A DNA stretch of 44,773 nucleotides, taken from sequence record PP291582.1. One strand, 5' to 3'. Made by a program: the position numbers and the translations under genes. Shown in pieces: positions 34,532 to 42,858 of this stretch (its first letter is position 1; each line of letters begins with the position of its first letter). This stretch comes from Escherichia phage vB_EcoS_UTEC10. The notes beneath the pieces are model-generated. The model ran no database searches. It worked only from the letters and a program-made list of their open reading frames with translations, and was not told the DNA's origin.

Positions 34532-35044
34532 TTAACCCCGGTACACATTAAATGAGAAGCCATTGTTAAGACCACCACACAGTAACGGGCGTAAGGCGTC
34601 GTCCGCAGCGGTAATCGCGGTTGTAGCGCCGCTGCTGCCGTTGTTGAAGTATGTCACTGTTACTGCGCCCTCAACACGCTCAGTCTGCACGGAACGCCCG
34701 TCAGAGTTGGCCCGCACTTCCGTGCCCGCGCCATATGTGGCGGAGGCGATTACCTGCGCAAGAATTACCTGTTTCGGGATAACATTATCCGCTACCGGGA
34801 ATCCGTTTAACATAACACCGGTACGAGGGTATGCCAGAGACTGTTCAGCGGATACACGACGACCGCACATCTGCGGTTCTGCAAGCCCGACATAAGTAGC
34901 GCCGTTGCGCAGGGCAACTTCAGCTGCGGTATCGTCTTCCGGTAGCTCAAGGCCATAATTAGCCGCTAACGCTCGGGCGTCAGCCAGACTAATGTAACTG
35001 TCAGCATTAGGGACGATTTCACCCGTTTCCACGATTAGCGGCAT
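34532..35044 (-). CDS. head-tail adaptor / head completion protein
   Basis: 170 aa; synteny downstream of capsid-associated genes. Confidence 0.45.
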   Translation of the reverse strand: MPLIVETGEIVPNADSYISLADARALAANYGLELPEDDTAAEVALRNGATYVGLAEPQMCGRRVSAEQSLAYPRTGVMLNGFPVADNVIPKQVILAQVIASATYGAGTEVRANSDGRSVQTERVEGAVTVTYFNNGSSGATTAITAADDALRPLLCGGLNNGFSFNVYRG

Positions 35045-35047
35045 AAA

Positions 35048-35227
35048 TTATTCCTCTGATTTACGGCGACGACGCTTAGCACCACCGCCGTTGTTGTGCG
35101 CTTCTTCGTTGTCCGGTTGAGACGCAACCAGTTCATCCGCTTCTACAACACCGCGAACTGGCATCACCTGGCCGTTAACAACGTCAACGTGTGTGTACTT
35201 TTCGCGGATTACGTAATTATCTGCCAT
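35048..35227 (-). CDS. small protein with basic C-terminal tail (59 aa)
   Basis: Manually translated (MADNYVIREKYTHVDVVNGQVMPVRG...GGGAKRRRRKSEE); AAGGAAAGG RBS. Confidence 0.4.
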   Translation of the reverse strand: MADNYVIREKYTHVDVVNGQVMPVRGVVEADELVASQPDNEEAHNNGGGAKRRRRKSEE

Positions 35228-35263
35228 GACCTTTCCTTATTACGGCCCCGAAGGGCCGTTGTA

Positions 35264-35614
35264 TTAAGACACAGTTGCTACGGTGCTGCTGGAGATAATA
35301 TTACCATATGCATCGTGAACAACCACTTTATACGTACCAGAATCGGCGGTAGTGGTTGACGCTTTAGCATAGGAAGCAGCGTTTGCCCCGGCGATAGCGT
35401 TGTTGTTCTTGTACCACTGGTAGGAATATGGCTCCAGGCCACCAGTTACTGCGACGGTCAGGGTCATAGTCTGCCCTGCCGTAACTGCGGTGGTAGCCGC
35501 GGGCGCGGTAGAAAAAGATGCTGGTGAGATATTTGCCATGTCGATTTCTACTTGACCATCGGCCGGGGAGTCGTCTGAGACACCAGTAATGCGGCGTTTA
35601 ATTACATCAACCAT
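35264..35614 (-). CDS. Ig-like domain protein (probable capsid decoration)
   Basis: YSYQWYKNNNAIAGANAASY...DSGTYKVVVHD is a classic Ig-like pattern. Confidence 0.5.
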   Translation of the reverse strand: MVDVIKRRITGVSDDSPADGQVEIDMANISPASFSTAPAATTAVTAGQTMTLTVAVTGGLEPYSYQWYKNNNAIAGANAASYAKASTTTADSGTYKVVVHDAYGNIISSSTVATVS

Positions 35615-35626
35615 TTTTAAGCTCCT

Positions 35627-35926
35627 TTAGCTTACAGTTCCTGCGTTTTTAAGCGCAGTCAACAGATTTGCTACGGTAGTACGCAGCGCGGTAACATCGG
35701 TTCGCAGTTTGTTGTACTCGGCTACAAGCGCGTCGAACTCGGCTTTAGTCGGTTCGGCAGCGGACTGCGCCCCGGCTGCGGCGGTAATGGCCGCGGGTGC
35801 AGCTACGGTAGCTGACTTTTTAACCCCACCAACTACGCTGGTAGTAGCAGGCGTGACTGGGATATCAAAGTCGCCGAAATCGACATTCTGAAGGCTGCGC
35901 GGCAAGCCTTTTCCGGTCTTGGCCAT
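35627..35926 (-). CDS. Ala-rich structural protein (possible head decoration)
   Basis: 99 aa directly downstream of the major capsid gene. Confidence 0.45.
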   Translation of the reverse strand: MAKTGKGLPRSLQNVDFGDFDIPVTPATTSVVGGVKKSATVAAPAAITAAAGAQSAAEPTKAEFDALVAEYNKLRTDVTALRTTVANLLTALKNAGTVS

Positions 35927-35985
35927 AATTTACCTCTTAGTAAATGAAAAGAGGGACCGAAGTCCCTCTCGATTATATCTTAACC

Positions 35986-37035
35986 TTAAGCCCCTACACC
36001 AGTTACCAGGAAGGCAATCGGTACGTGCTTACGCTCAACCACACGATTCCAGTTGGAGGCGTTAGCCAGGTCCTGCCAGGAAGCGGAGCGTGCAACAGTC
36101 TCGGTGCCATTCCCAGTGATTACTGCGCTGGTGAAGCTGTAGCCAAACGGATGCAGCAGCCAGGTCTTACGGGTCCACAGGGTTTCAACGCCGCCACCGT
36201 TACCGCGGGACGCTTCGCGCTCGTATTCCAGCGGGTTAGACGGATTGCCTTCACCGTAACCGATAGCGCCGTTGCCGAAGATGATGGAGATGAACTTGCG
36301 GCTCGGGCCAGTTCCGACCACGGTCATGCTGTCATCAACAATCACACGGTAGCCCTGGTAGGTGGCGAACAAGGTGTCGTTGTCGGCGTCTCTGATGAAG
36401 TCGATAAGTTGCTGCTTACGCGCCTGCGCATAAACGAAGCTGTGCATCGCGATAGCGCCCAGCACTTCACCGCCGTTGCCCATCAGCGCATCGCCCATAG
36501 TCTGGGTAGCGTCGATGAATGCGCCAGCGTCGAAGCCCAGAGAAGCAGACACGTCGATAACCATATCGTTCTGCGTATGGTATTCATCGGTAGCGGCTAC
36601 GTTGTCGTTGTACAGACCGAGCGCGGTAGCAATCAGACGGCGTTGCGCCTGGCGCTGCCAGAAGTTATCCAGGCGAGAAGCTACGGATTGCAGCGGGTTC
36701 TGGCTGGTAAGTTCTACAGTCAGGTCCGCCTGACCGAAACCCTCGTTCAGGTACGCCACGCGCGCCATCATCTCGCCGGTCTGCACGTTACGCGGGGTGG
36801 CGATGTCCTGGTATACGTCGTTCGAGTAGTTAGGCTCGATAGAAGTATCAATCGCTTTCCAGAAAGGAATATTAGCGACGTTGGACGGGCCGCGGGCAAT
36901 CTCGGCAGCGTATGGGGTCGGGGTCAGAATACCAGACTGGAAGAATGCGGTTTTTTCTACCGGGTCCTCGGTCATATAAGACGCCAGGACCGGGATGTTG
37001 CCAGTTACGATATCGCCGATAGTGGTAATTGCCAT
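35986..37035 (-). CDS. major capsid protein
   Basis: 349 aa immediately downstream of the scaffold gene. Confidence 0.75.
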   Translation of the reverse strand: MAITTIGDIVTGNIPVLASYMTEDPVEKTAFFQSGILTPTPYAAEIARGPSNVANIPFWKAIDTSIEPNYSNDVYQDIATPRNVQTGEMMARVAYLNEGFGQADLTVELTSQNPLQSVASRLDNFWQRQAQRRLIATALGLYNDNVAATDEYHTQNDMVIDVSASLGFDAGAFIDATQTMGDALMGNGGEVLGAIAMHSFVYAQARKQQLIDFIRDADNDTLFATYQGYRVIVDDSMTVVGTGPSRKFISIIFGNGAIGYGEGNPSNPLEYEREASRGNGGGVETLWTRKTWLLHPFGYSFTSAVITGNGTETVARSASWQDLANASNWNRVVERKHVPIAFLVTGVGA

Positions 37036-37037
37036 TA

Positions 37038-37739
37038 TTATTTCCTCAGGGCTTTAAGTTGCCGTTCAAATTCGGCAGGGTTCGATTTATACAGGGCTAA
37101 ACGCTCTGCTTCACTCATGTCTTTAAACGCTGGTGCGGCCCCGCCGCCTTTGCTACCGGAAGCCCCGCCGCCGGAAGCTGCATTTGCTTTAATCAAATGC
37201 GAAAACGCTTTGTGTTCACGCAGGTATTTGCGGAACTGTTCCGGGTCAGTCGTGATTACATTGCCGTCTGCACCAACAAACTTAGTAACCACATCATCGC
37301 CTTCGAACTCAGTCTTAACGAACGGTGCAAGAATGTCTACCGCTTCCGGGGTGATGAAATCACCTGCGAAAGAGCCTAACACCGCTTTACGTTCGCTGCC
37401 GAGGATGCGCTCTGCCATTTTGGAGATGCGACCATCTTTCTCGGCTAACACCGGGTCATACTGGCTACGAATCGTCTTTTCAAACTCGTCCATCTTACCG
37501 GCGGCCTTTAACGCCTCCTGGTGTGCGCGCTGCCGTTCTTCTTCAGCCTCTTTTGCTTTGCGAGCGGCTTCTTTCTTCTCCGCCAGCAATGCTTCCTGAT
37601 TGGCCTTAAGCCCGGCAACTTCTTTCTCAATCAGCGCCTGAACTTCTTCGGCTGTGAACATTTTCGGCGCGTCACCGCCACCGGCTTTATCTTCTGCTCC
37701 AGCTTCTTCCTGGAACGGATAACGTAAAAAACGATTCAT
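37038..37739 (-). CDS. scaffolding protein
   Basis: Internal ATG (MNRFLRYPFQEE...); highly charged helical protein rich in Ala/Glu/Lys immediately upstream of the capsid gene; track start 37793 is TTG. Confidence 0.65.
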   Translation of the reverse strand: MNRFLRYPFQEEAGAEDKAGGGDAPKMFTAEEVQALIEKEVAGLKANQEALLAEKKEAARKAKEAEEERQRAHQEALKAAGKMDEFEKTIRSQYDPVLAEKDGRISKMAERILGSERKAVLGSFAGDFITPEAVDILAPFVKTEFEGDDVVTKFVGADGNVITTDPEQFRKYLREHKAFSHLIKANAASGGGASGSKGGGAAPAFKDMSEAERLALYKSNPAEFERQLKALRK

Positions 37740-37821
37740 AGTCAGTATGTCCCCTGGACGTTGGAATCCGGGCCCCCCGGATTTACATGTCAAGAATAAA
37801 TTATTCCAACATGCAAGGCAA

Positions 37822-38085
37822 CTATTCCAGAATATTCCTCACGTAGTCCTGCAACATGAACACTTTCAGACGCAGTTGCCGCACGCATTCGGCGTTCTGA
37901 ACGTCAATAGCTAAGTCCTGGTCAGCATCGCTACTTGGCGTGGCCAGTTTGCACGGTGGCTGCATCATCGTCGTATCCGGAGATGGAATTGGCGTTGGCG
38001 ACGGCGCGGGACTTGAGCAGGACGCGAGCATCGTCAAAAGTGCACACGCTGCGACCAGGCGTTTTAATGTACTTAACGACTTCAC
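37822..38085 (-). CDS. o-spanin (Rz1-like outer-membrane lipoprotein)
   Basis: LLTMLASC lipobox followed by a Pro-rich sequence; starts inside the i-spanin gene in another frame and extends past it. Confidence 0.55.
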   Translation of the reverse strand: MKSLSTLKRLVAACALLTMLASCSSPAPSPTPIPSPDTTMMQPPCKLATPSSDADQDLAIDVQNAECVRQLRLKVFMLQDYVRNILE

Positions 38086-38317
38086 GGGTAATTACCTCTG
38101 ATTTCGTCTTGCCTTCGTTGTCAGCGGCGGCTGCCTTTGATTCATCCTGCTGCTGCCGTTGTGTTTTCTTCGCTAACTCAGCCTGTGCTTTCTGCTGTTG
38201 CTGCGAAACGAGATTAGCGCGGCCTTCGTCCCAACCAGCGCGGTACTGGTAGATGCCGTGTGCGTATAACAGGATGATGAAACATGCTCCCGCTACGACA
38301 GTTGCTTTAAGATTCAT
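37931..38317 (-). CDS. i-spanin (Rz-like)
   Basis: N-terminal TM helix (ATVVAGACFIILLYAHGIY) followed by a Gln/Ala/Lys-rich coiled-coil region. Confidence 0.55.
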   Translation of the reverse strand: MNLKATVVAGACFIILLYAHGIYQYRAGWDEGRANLVSQQQQKAQAELAKKTQRQQQDESKAAAADNEGKTKSEVITREVVKYIKTPGRSVCTFDDARVLLKSRAVANANSISGYDDDAATVQTGHAK

Positions 38318-38636
38318 GTTTCTCCTTTCTCGATAAGTAAAGCCCCGCCATAAAGCGGGGCGCTAGTCCTTATCATTTAAACATAGAAACGGCGTAATCT
38401 CAGTAAACCCGGTACTTTTTACACAAGCAATAGAGTATGGCCCTTCCGAACGCGTCAGCGTAACTACACTCGGACTTAACGTCCGGCTCCGTTACCTGCC
38501 CGCGCCGCGGTCGCTTGTTCATACTTCACAAGCTCAGGTGGAGCTTATCATATTTTCAGTGAAAAGTCAACTATTCGAATAGTTTATTCCAACATTTACA
38601 ATTGAGCGGAATAACTGGAATACGTAAACAAATAGT

Positions 38637-38665
38637 TTGCGGACACCAATATAATAGGGTACTAT
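38637..38665 (+). promoter_or_regulatory. cassette promoter TTGCGG-N17-TACTAT with embedded AATAG-GGTA-CTATT repeat
   Basis: Near-identical to the promoters at 28971 and 40809. Confidence 0.55.
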
Positions 38666-38691
38666 TCATTACAACGAAACGAGGAGGGTGT

Positions 38692-39231
38692 ATGCTCACT
38701 AAACGTTCAGAAGCCATAGCCGCTGGTGATGATTATTACTTCACGGGAAAACCGTGTAAACGTGGGCATGTTGCGAAAAGGCATGTCCGCACCGGGTGCT
38801 ATGAGTGCGCTAAAGAGATACAAAAATCGTACCGAGAACGCAACGTTGTTTCTTGGGCGGCGAAAAACGCAAAATGGAGGCAAGAAAATAGAGACCGAAT
38901 AGCCGAAATTGACGCAGAGTACCGTAAGAAAAACAAAACCGCCAGGAAAGCCCAAAGGCTAAAGTATAAAACGGCAAAAAGAGCCAGGAGTATAAACATC
39001 AGGAATGATGAATTTGACCTATTAGTATTCGAAGAAGCGCAGGAGCTATGTCAACTACGAGCGGGCGAAACAGGTTTCGTATGGCATATCGACCACATGC
39101 TGCCGCTGCGTGCTAAAACTGTCTCGGGGCTGCATGTCGCAGAAAACATACAAGTTATCCCCGCGGTTCTGAATCTCTTAAAAGGTAATAAATTAATTTT
39201 CACCGAGAGAGGCTCTTGGTTGTCTTCCTGA
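38692..39231 (+). CDS. HNH endonuclease (free-standing)
   Basis: Internal ATG with GAGGAGGG RBS; GDDYYFTGKPCKRGH zinc-binding N-terminus and HIDHMLPLRAK...N HNH motif. Confidence 0.75.
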   Translation: MLTKRSEAIAAGDDYYFTGKPCKRGHVAKRHVRTGCYECAKEIQKSYRERNVVSWAAKNAKWRQENRDRIAEIDAEYRKKNKTARKAQRLKYKTAKRARSINIRNDEFDLLVFEEAQELCQLRAGETGFVWHIDHMLPLRAKTVSGLHVAENIQVIPAVLNLLKGNKLIFTERGSWLSS

Positions 39232-39236
39232 AATTG

Positions 39237-39259
39237 AGGCCCCTTAATGGGGCCTTTTA
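39237..39259 (+). terminator. Rho-independent terminator (AGGCCCC-TTAAT-GGGGCCT)
   Basis: GC stem followed by TTTTAT. Confidence 0.55.
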
Positions 39260-39721
39260 TCATTCTGGCTTAGTAACCTTCGCCGCTTTACTCACAGCCT
39301 CTACTCCATCAGCATCGGTAACTTTAACGAAGTATTCACCGACAGCATTAACTGTCAGAGACAAAGCCTCTTCCGGGGCGTTTACCACTTCCTTACCGTC
39401 TTTGTACCAGGTCAGCGCATACGGCGCTTTGCCCGCCTTAACTTCAACAGTAAGAGTCGCGCTGCCGTCTACCAATTCGGTGTCTTTCGGTTGTACAGAG
39501 AAATACACATCACCAGCGTCCGCCAGATACGGAATCTCGTAAAGCATACCAGCCGCCGGAAGCGCAATACCGGTTTTATCTGCAAACGGCATATCGTCTA
39601 CAGGTGTACCCAGTACACTTTCGTCCTCAATAAATACCACGTTCTCGCCAGAGCCAGACACGCGGGTGTACTGGACAACACGACGCGACGGTACATCAGT
39701 TACTTTGAAAAAGCCCATCAT
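39260..39721 (-). CDS. Ig-like (BIG2-type) domain virion protein
   Basis: C-terminal YALTWYKDGKEV...GEYFVKVTDADG Ig-like pattern; downstream of head morphogenesis gene. Confidence 0.5.
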   Translation of the reverse strand: MMGFFKVTDVPSRRVVQYTRVSGSGENVVFIEDESVLGTPVDDMPFADKTGIALPAAGMLYEIPYLADAGDVYFSVQPKDTELVDGSATLTVEVKAGKAPYALTWYKDGKEVVNAPEEALSLTVNAVGEYFVKVTDADGVEAVSKAAKVTKPE

Positions 39722-40764
39722 TATTCCCCTTTCAGATAATCAGCAACACGTTTATCGAGTTCCGCCATCTGCTTAAGCGTGAGCGGATTCCCGAAACCAT
39801 CTACAGATATTACGCGAAACTCCTCTGGTGAGATACCGCTGTTACGGAAAATCTTGCCTCGCACCGGCCCGAGCGCCTGGTCCTGGAACCATGCCGGTTG
39901 CTGTTTCAGGAACTCATAATAGGTGGTGTCAGCGCTTACCTGAGTACCGCCGTTCGCACCCTTAGCCGCGCGTTTTGCACCTTTATCCAGGAAGTCGAAT
40001 TCTGAACTGATTACCGGGGCCGTGCACGACCGACAATTCGGATGGGCAGGGGGCATCGGCCCCTTACCTATTTCCCACGTCATTCCGTCCCTGGCTCTGC
40101 AAATCGTGCTGGTACGGCTGTCCAGCGTCGACACCCACTCGTACTTCTCAATGATGTCGTCGTTCTGGCGGTATGTCTCGTTGCGGGCTTCGTTGGACAC
40201 GTGAGCCAGCGCGGTACGGATTACTGTAGCCGCGTTGCGTTCAGAGATGTCAGCCAGTCCCCCAGCGCCTACGACATTCTTAACAATCTGCCGTGTTGTT
40301 TGGCCCTGAACAAAGCCCATCTTAACGCCGGTTACCAGGCGCGACACTTCTGTTTCACCCCAGCCGTCCATCAGCTTAGTGAAGTCAACAGGCTTGTCGT
40401 TCAACGCCAGAGGTTGAAACTCGGCAGCAGCCCACACTTGCTCGGCAGTAGGCGTAACAAATTCCGCATTAACGTTGGCGGTCAGAGTCTTTACGTTCCA
40501 TTCGGCCTCATACGCCGCCAGCTCCTTAAGGTCTTCTGTCAGCTTTGTTTGCCAGTCGCCTGTAAACCCCGTTAGCGCTTCTTCGAGGTCGCGTAACAAT
40601 TTATTCAGACGGGCAGTGCTTCGCCCGTCGTCACCGAACAACAGCACCTGCCGTTTGATTTCGTCCCGCATTTCCTGAAGAAACGGTGCAAGGTCTTTCA
40701 CTTCGCCGGATGCAGTGCGTTGCAGCCATATCTGGTGGCTGATTAAGGATGTAAGTAAGCTCAT
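39721..40764 (-). CDS. head morphogenesis protein (SPP1 gp7 / Mu F-like)
   Basis: Internal ATG with AGGAGGG RBS; ICRARDG...PPAHPNCRSC motif characteristic of gp7/F-family minor head proteins. Confidence 0.75.
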   Translation of the reverse strand: MSLLTSLISHQIWLQRTASGEVKDLAPFLQEMRDEIKRQVLLFGDDGRSTARLNKLLRDLEEALTGFTGDWQTKLTEDLKELAAYEAEWNVKTLTANVNAEFVTPTAEQVWAAAEFQPLALNDKPVDFTKLMDGWGETEVSRLVTGVKMGFVQGQTTRQIVKNVVGAGGLADISERNAATVIRTALAHVSNEARNETYRQNDDIIEKYEWVSTLDSRTSTICRARDGMTWEIGKGPMPPAHPNCRSCTAPVISSEFDFLDKGAKRAAKGANGGTQVSADTTYYEFLKQQPAWFQDQALGPVRGKIFRNSGISPEEFRVISVDGFGNPLTLKQMAELDKRVADYLKGE

Positions 40765-40808
40765 AATCCCTCCTGTAGTACCGACAGTGTAACGCATAAA
40801 AATAATAT

Positions 40809-40837
40809 TTGCAGACACCAATATAATAGGGTACTAT
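40809..40837 (+). promoter_or_regulatory. cassette promoter TTGCAG-N17-TACTAT with embedded AATAG-GGTA-CTATT repeat
   Basis: Third copy of CACCAATATAATAGGGTACTATTCA. Confidence 0.55.
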
Positions 40838-40864
40838 TCAGTTAACTTAAGCAGGAGATGAAAA

Positions 40865-41026
40865 ATGGTTACTTTGATTACCTGGGAACACGAAAATAGT
40901 CAACCTGAAACGCGTGAATTCGAAACTGTGGCGGCTTGCTACCGCCTGGCGTCAGCCGGATTCTATAAATCACAGATTGTAAATGAGTTTGGAGTGGTGG
41001 ATTATGAGTTTACGAAACAATCTTAA
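40865..41026 (+). CDS. hypothetical small protein (53 aa)
   Basis: Manually translated (MVTLITWEHENSQPETREFETVAACYRLASAGFYK...); AGGAGA RBS 8 nt upstream. Confidence 0.4.
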   Translation: MVTLITWEHENSQPETREFETVAACYRLASAGFYKSQIVNEFGVVDYEFTKQS

Positions 41027-41348
41027 GAATCACTTGAAGGTCTACGGACCCAAGGGGTTGCATTCATGGAACGGCGGGTATGACGTAAACGATGACCTGC
41101 CAATACGTAAAATAGCGCGCGCGGCGAGACGCAATGTAGAGCCTGGCGACGTGCTAGTTATACGAGATAATAATGTCATTGTTGAAGTTGAGAAAGTTCT
41201 TGGTGTGTTTCTCATAGTAATACCTGTTGATGTTGTTTTGCGTGACGCAAGGCCTTACCGAGAAGCTGGGAGCGGTAAAACTGGTAAATACACATACGGC
41301 AGGATTAAGATACATAAAACACATCTTGATAAATTTAAGGCCCCGTGA
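41004..41348 (+). CDS. hypothetical protein
   Basis: Internal ATG of track ORF 40983..41348 (MSLRNNLKNHL...); stop codon lies in the terminator loop. Confidence 0.45.
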   Translation: MSLRNNLKNHLKVYGPKGLHSWNGGYDVNDDLPIRKIARAARRNVEPGDVLVIRDNNVIVEVEKVLGVFLIVIPVDVVLRDARPYREAGSGKTGKYTYGRIKIHKTHLDKFKAP

Positions 41349-41356
41349 GGGGCCTT
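41337..41356 (+). terminator. Rho-independent terminator (AAGGCCCC-GTGA-GGGGCCTT)
   Basis: Same stem as the terminators at 19060 and 31430. Confidence 0.6.
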
Positions 41357-41358
41357 TC

Positions 41359-42846
41359 TTATTGCTGCGGATTCTGTTGGTCTTGCGGGTTAGCCGACTG
41401 CGGAATCTCCCCCGCCACCTGAGTAACCGCGCCCATCGGCAACGGTGCATCCTCGATAGCGTTCTGAATATCCTCATCCGTCCAGTCAGTTACCCCAGCT
41501 TTACGCAATGCCGCGTAGTAAGCGGTAGCTGGTAGCAGGCCTGCGTTAATATCCGCCATCCACTGAGCACGGTCCTGAGCGGTCATCGGTTGCAGGAAGA
41601 ACTCCATGTTCAGTTTGAACTCAACCTCTGTGTCCTCACGCAACCCTAGCATCGCAGCCACCCAGCGCAACGCATCGGTGTACGCCATGCTTACGTTACG
41701 TGCGATTGTCGCCATAACGGATGTATCCGCTCCACGTTGCAGGCGGGCCGATTCCGCGGTGATTTGCTGCGTCGGGGTGATAAGCTGCGCGCCAATCTGG
41801 ATTGCCTGATTCTCTTTATCCAGCATGTTCTGTTTGGCGAGGTTGTTCTCTCCCGCCTGAACCAGAAACGCATTGCCGCCGTAGCCAATGTTATGGCCTG
41901 AGCGCGACCCCATGCGCACGCCGTGAGGGTTGGCTTCTTTCCATTGCTCCATGCTCATGTTTTCACCAGGGGCGATGAACAGAGTTGGCTGGCCTACAAC
42001 AAAGCTGGACTCCTCATTGTCCGCGCTGTTGCGGAAATGCCCGATATTAAGTTCAGCCAACGGCAACAAAGGGGCATCGTCGATGGTTGCGTCGTTGTTG
42101 CTCGCTCCAATGAACGTGAAGGGGATTTTGCCGCGTAACTGTTCGCCAAGTTCCGGGAAGATTTCGATTACTTCACCCTGTGCACCACCTTCTGCATCGA
42201 AGCGATAGATTCGCTGGCGGTAGTGACCGTCAATAAGGTCAAGGACGCGGTATTGCTCACCGAACTTTGTCTCAAATTCCGCGCCGGGTTCTGAGTATTC
42301 CCATACTTCTCGCAACACAACCATTGTCACACGGTTAACTGAACCTACGCGAGTCAGTCGCCAGTTGATGATGTTCTCTGCGGTATAGAATGCGATGACC
42401 GGGTTTAATAAGCCCGCATTCTGTTCTGCCGCCGTCGCCGCGGCTGTCTCCGGGGCGTCCACCAGCAACCCGCCACGGCCTACTGAGTCAATCTCCATCA
42501 GCGTATCCTGCGCGTGCTGCCACAGCCCGACACCAGAACCGTCGGCGTTACGTAATAGGTACTCAAGCTCAGGCGGGATAATCTGCTCGGGGTCTTTGCG
42601 CATCACGGACCCGACCATCCCCGCCAGCGTTCTCTTGGTGAAGTTGTAGCAGATAGCGCCGTTCTCGTATTCTTCCTGGCGCTGTGCTGCATATTTAGGG
42701 TCCGGCTCGTTCTTCCCGACGTTGCGCAGATAGCGAATAAGGTCGCCTTCCAGCGCGTGGCGTACCTTCTGCCATTTATCGAAGTGATGCAGCCATTCCC
42801 GGTGTTTTGTCTTAACACCCTGATTCTGACCGTTCATAGTTAACAT
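41359..42846 (-). CDS. portal protein
   Basis: 495 aa immediately downstream of TerL; AAGAGGA RBS. Confidence 0.7.
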   Translation of the reverse strand: MLTMNGQNQGVKTKHREWLHHFDKWQKVRHALEGDLIRYLRNVGKNEPDPKYAAQRQEEYENGAICYNFTKRTLAGMVGSVMRKDPEQIIPPELEYLLRNADGSGVGLWQHAQDTLMEIDSVGRGGLLVDAPETAAATAAEQNAGLLNPVIAFYTAENIINWRLTRVGSVNRVTMVVLREVWEYSEPGAEFETKFGEQYRVLDLIDGHYRQRIYRFDAEGGAQGEVIEIFPELGEQLRGKIPFTFIGASNNDATIDDAPLLPLAELNIGHFRNSADNEESSFVVGQPTLFIAPGENMSMEQWKEANPHGVRMGSRSGHNIGYGGNAFLVQAGENNLAKQNMLDKENQAIQIGAQLITPTQQITAESARLQRGADTSVMATIARNVSMAYTDALRWVAAMLGLREDTEVEFKLNMEFFLQPMTAQDRAQWMADINAGLLPATAYYAALRKAGVTDWTDEDIQNAIEDAPLPMGAVTQVAGEIPQSANPQDQQNPQQ

Positions 42847-42858
42847 TGAATAATCCTC

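Noticed and set aside
35944-37599. 551-aa plus-strand ORF
   Set aside because: Lies antisense to the major capsid and scaffold genes; its translation is low-complexity and Ala/Arg/Ser-rich, typical of a spurious reverse-frame ORF, and it breaks the structural gene synteny.
38400-38520. Possible tRNA or small RNA in the long intergenic region, and a 40-aa minus-strand ORF starting near 38528
   Set aside because: No cloverleaf-compatible conserved T-arm or anticodon features recognisable by eye, and the short ORF lacks an RBS; left as an unexplained noncoding region.
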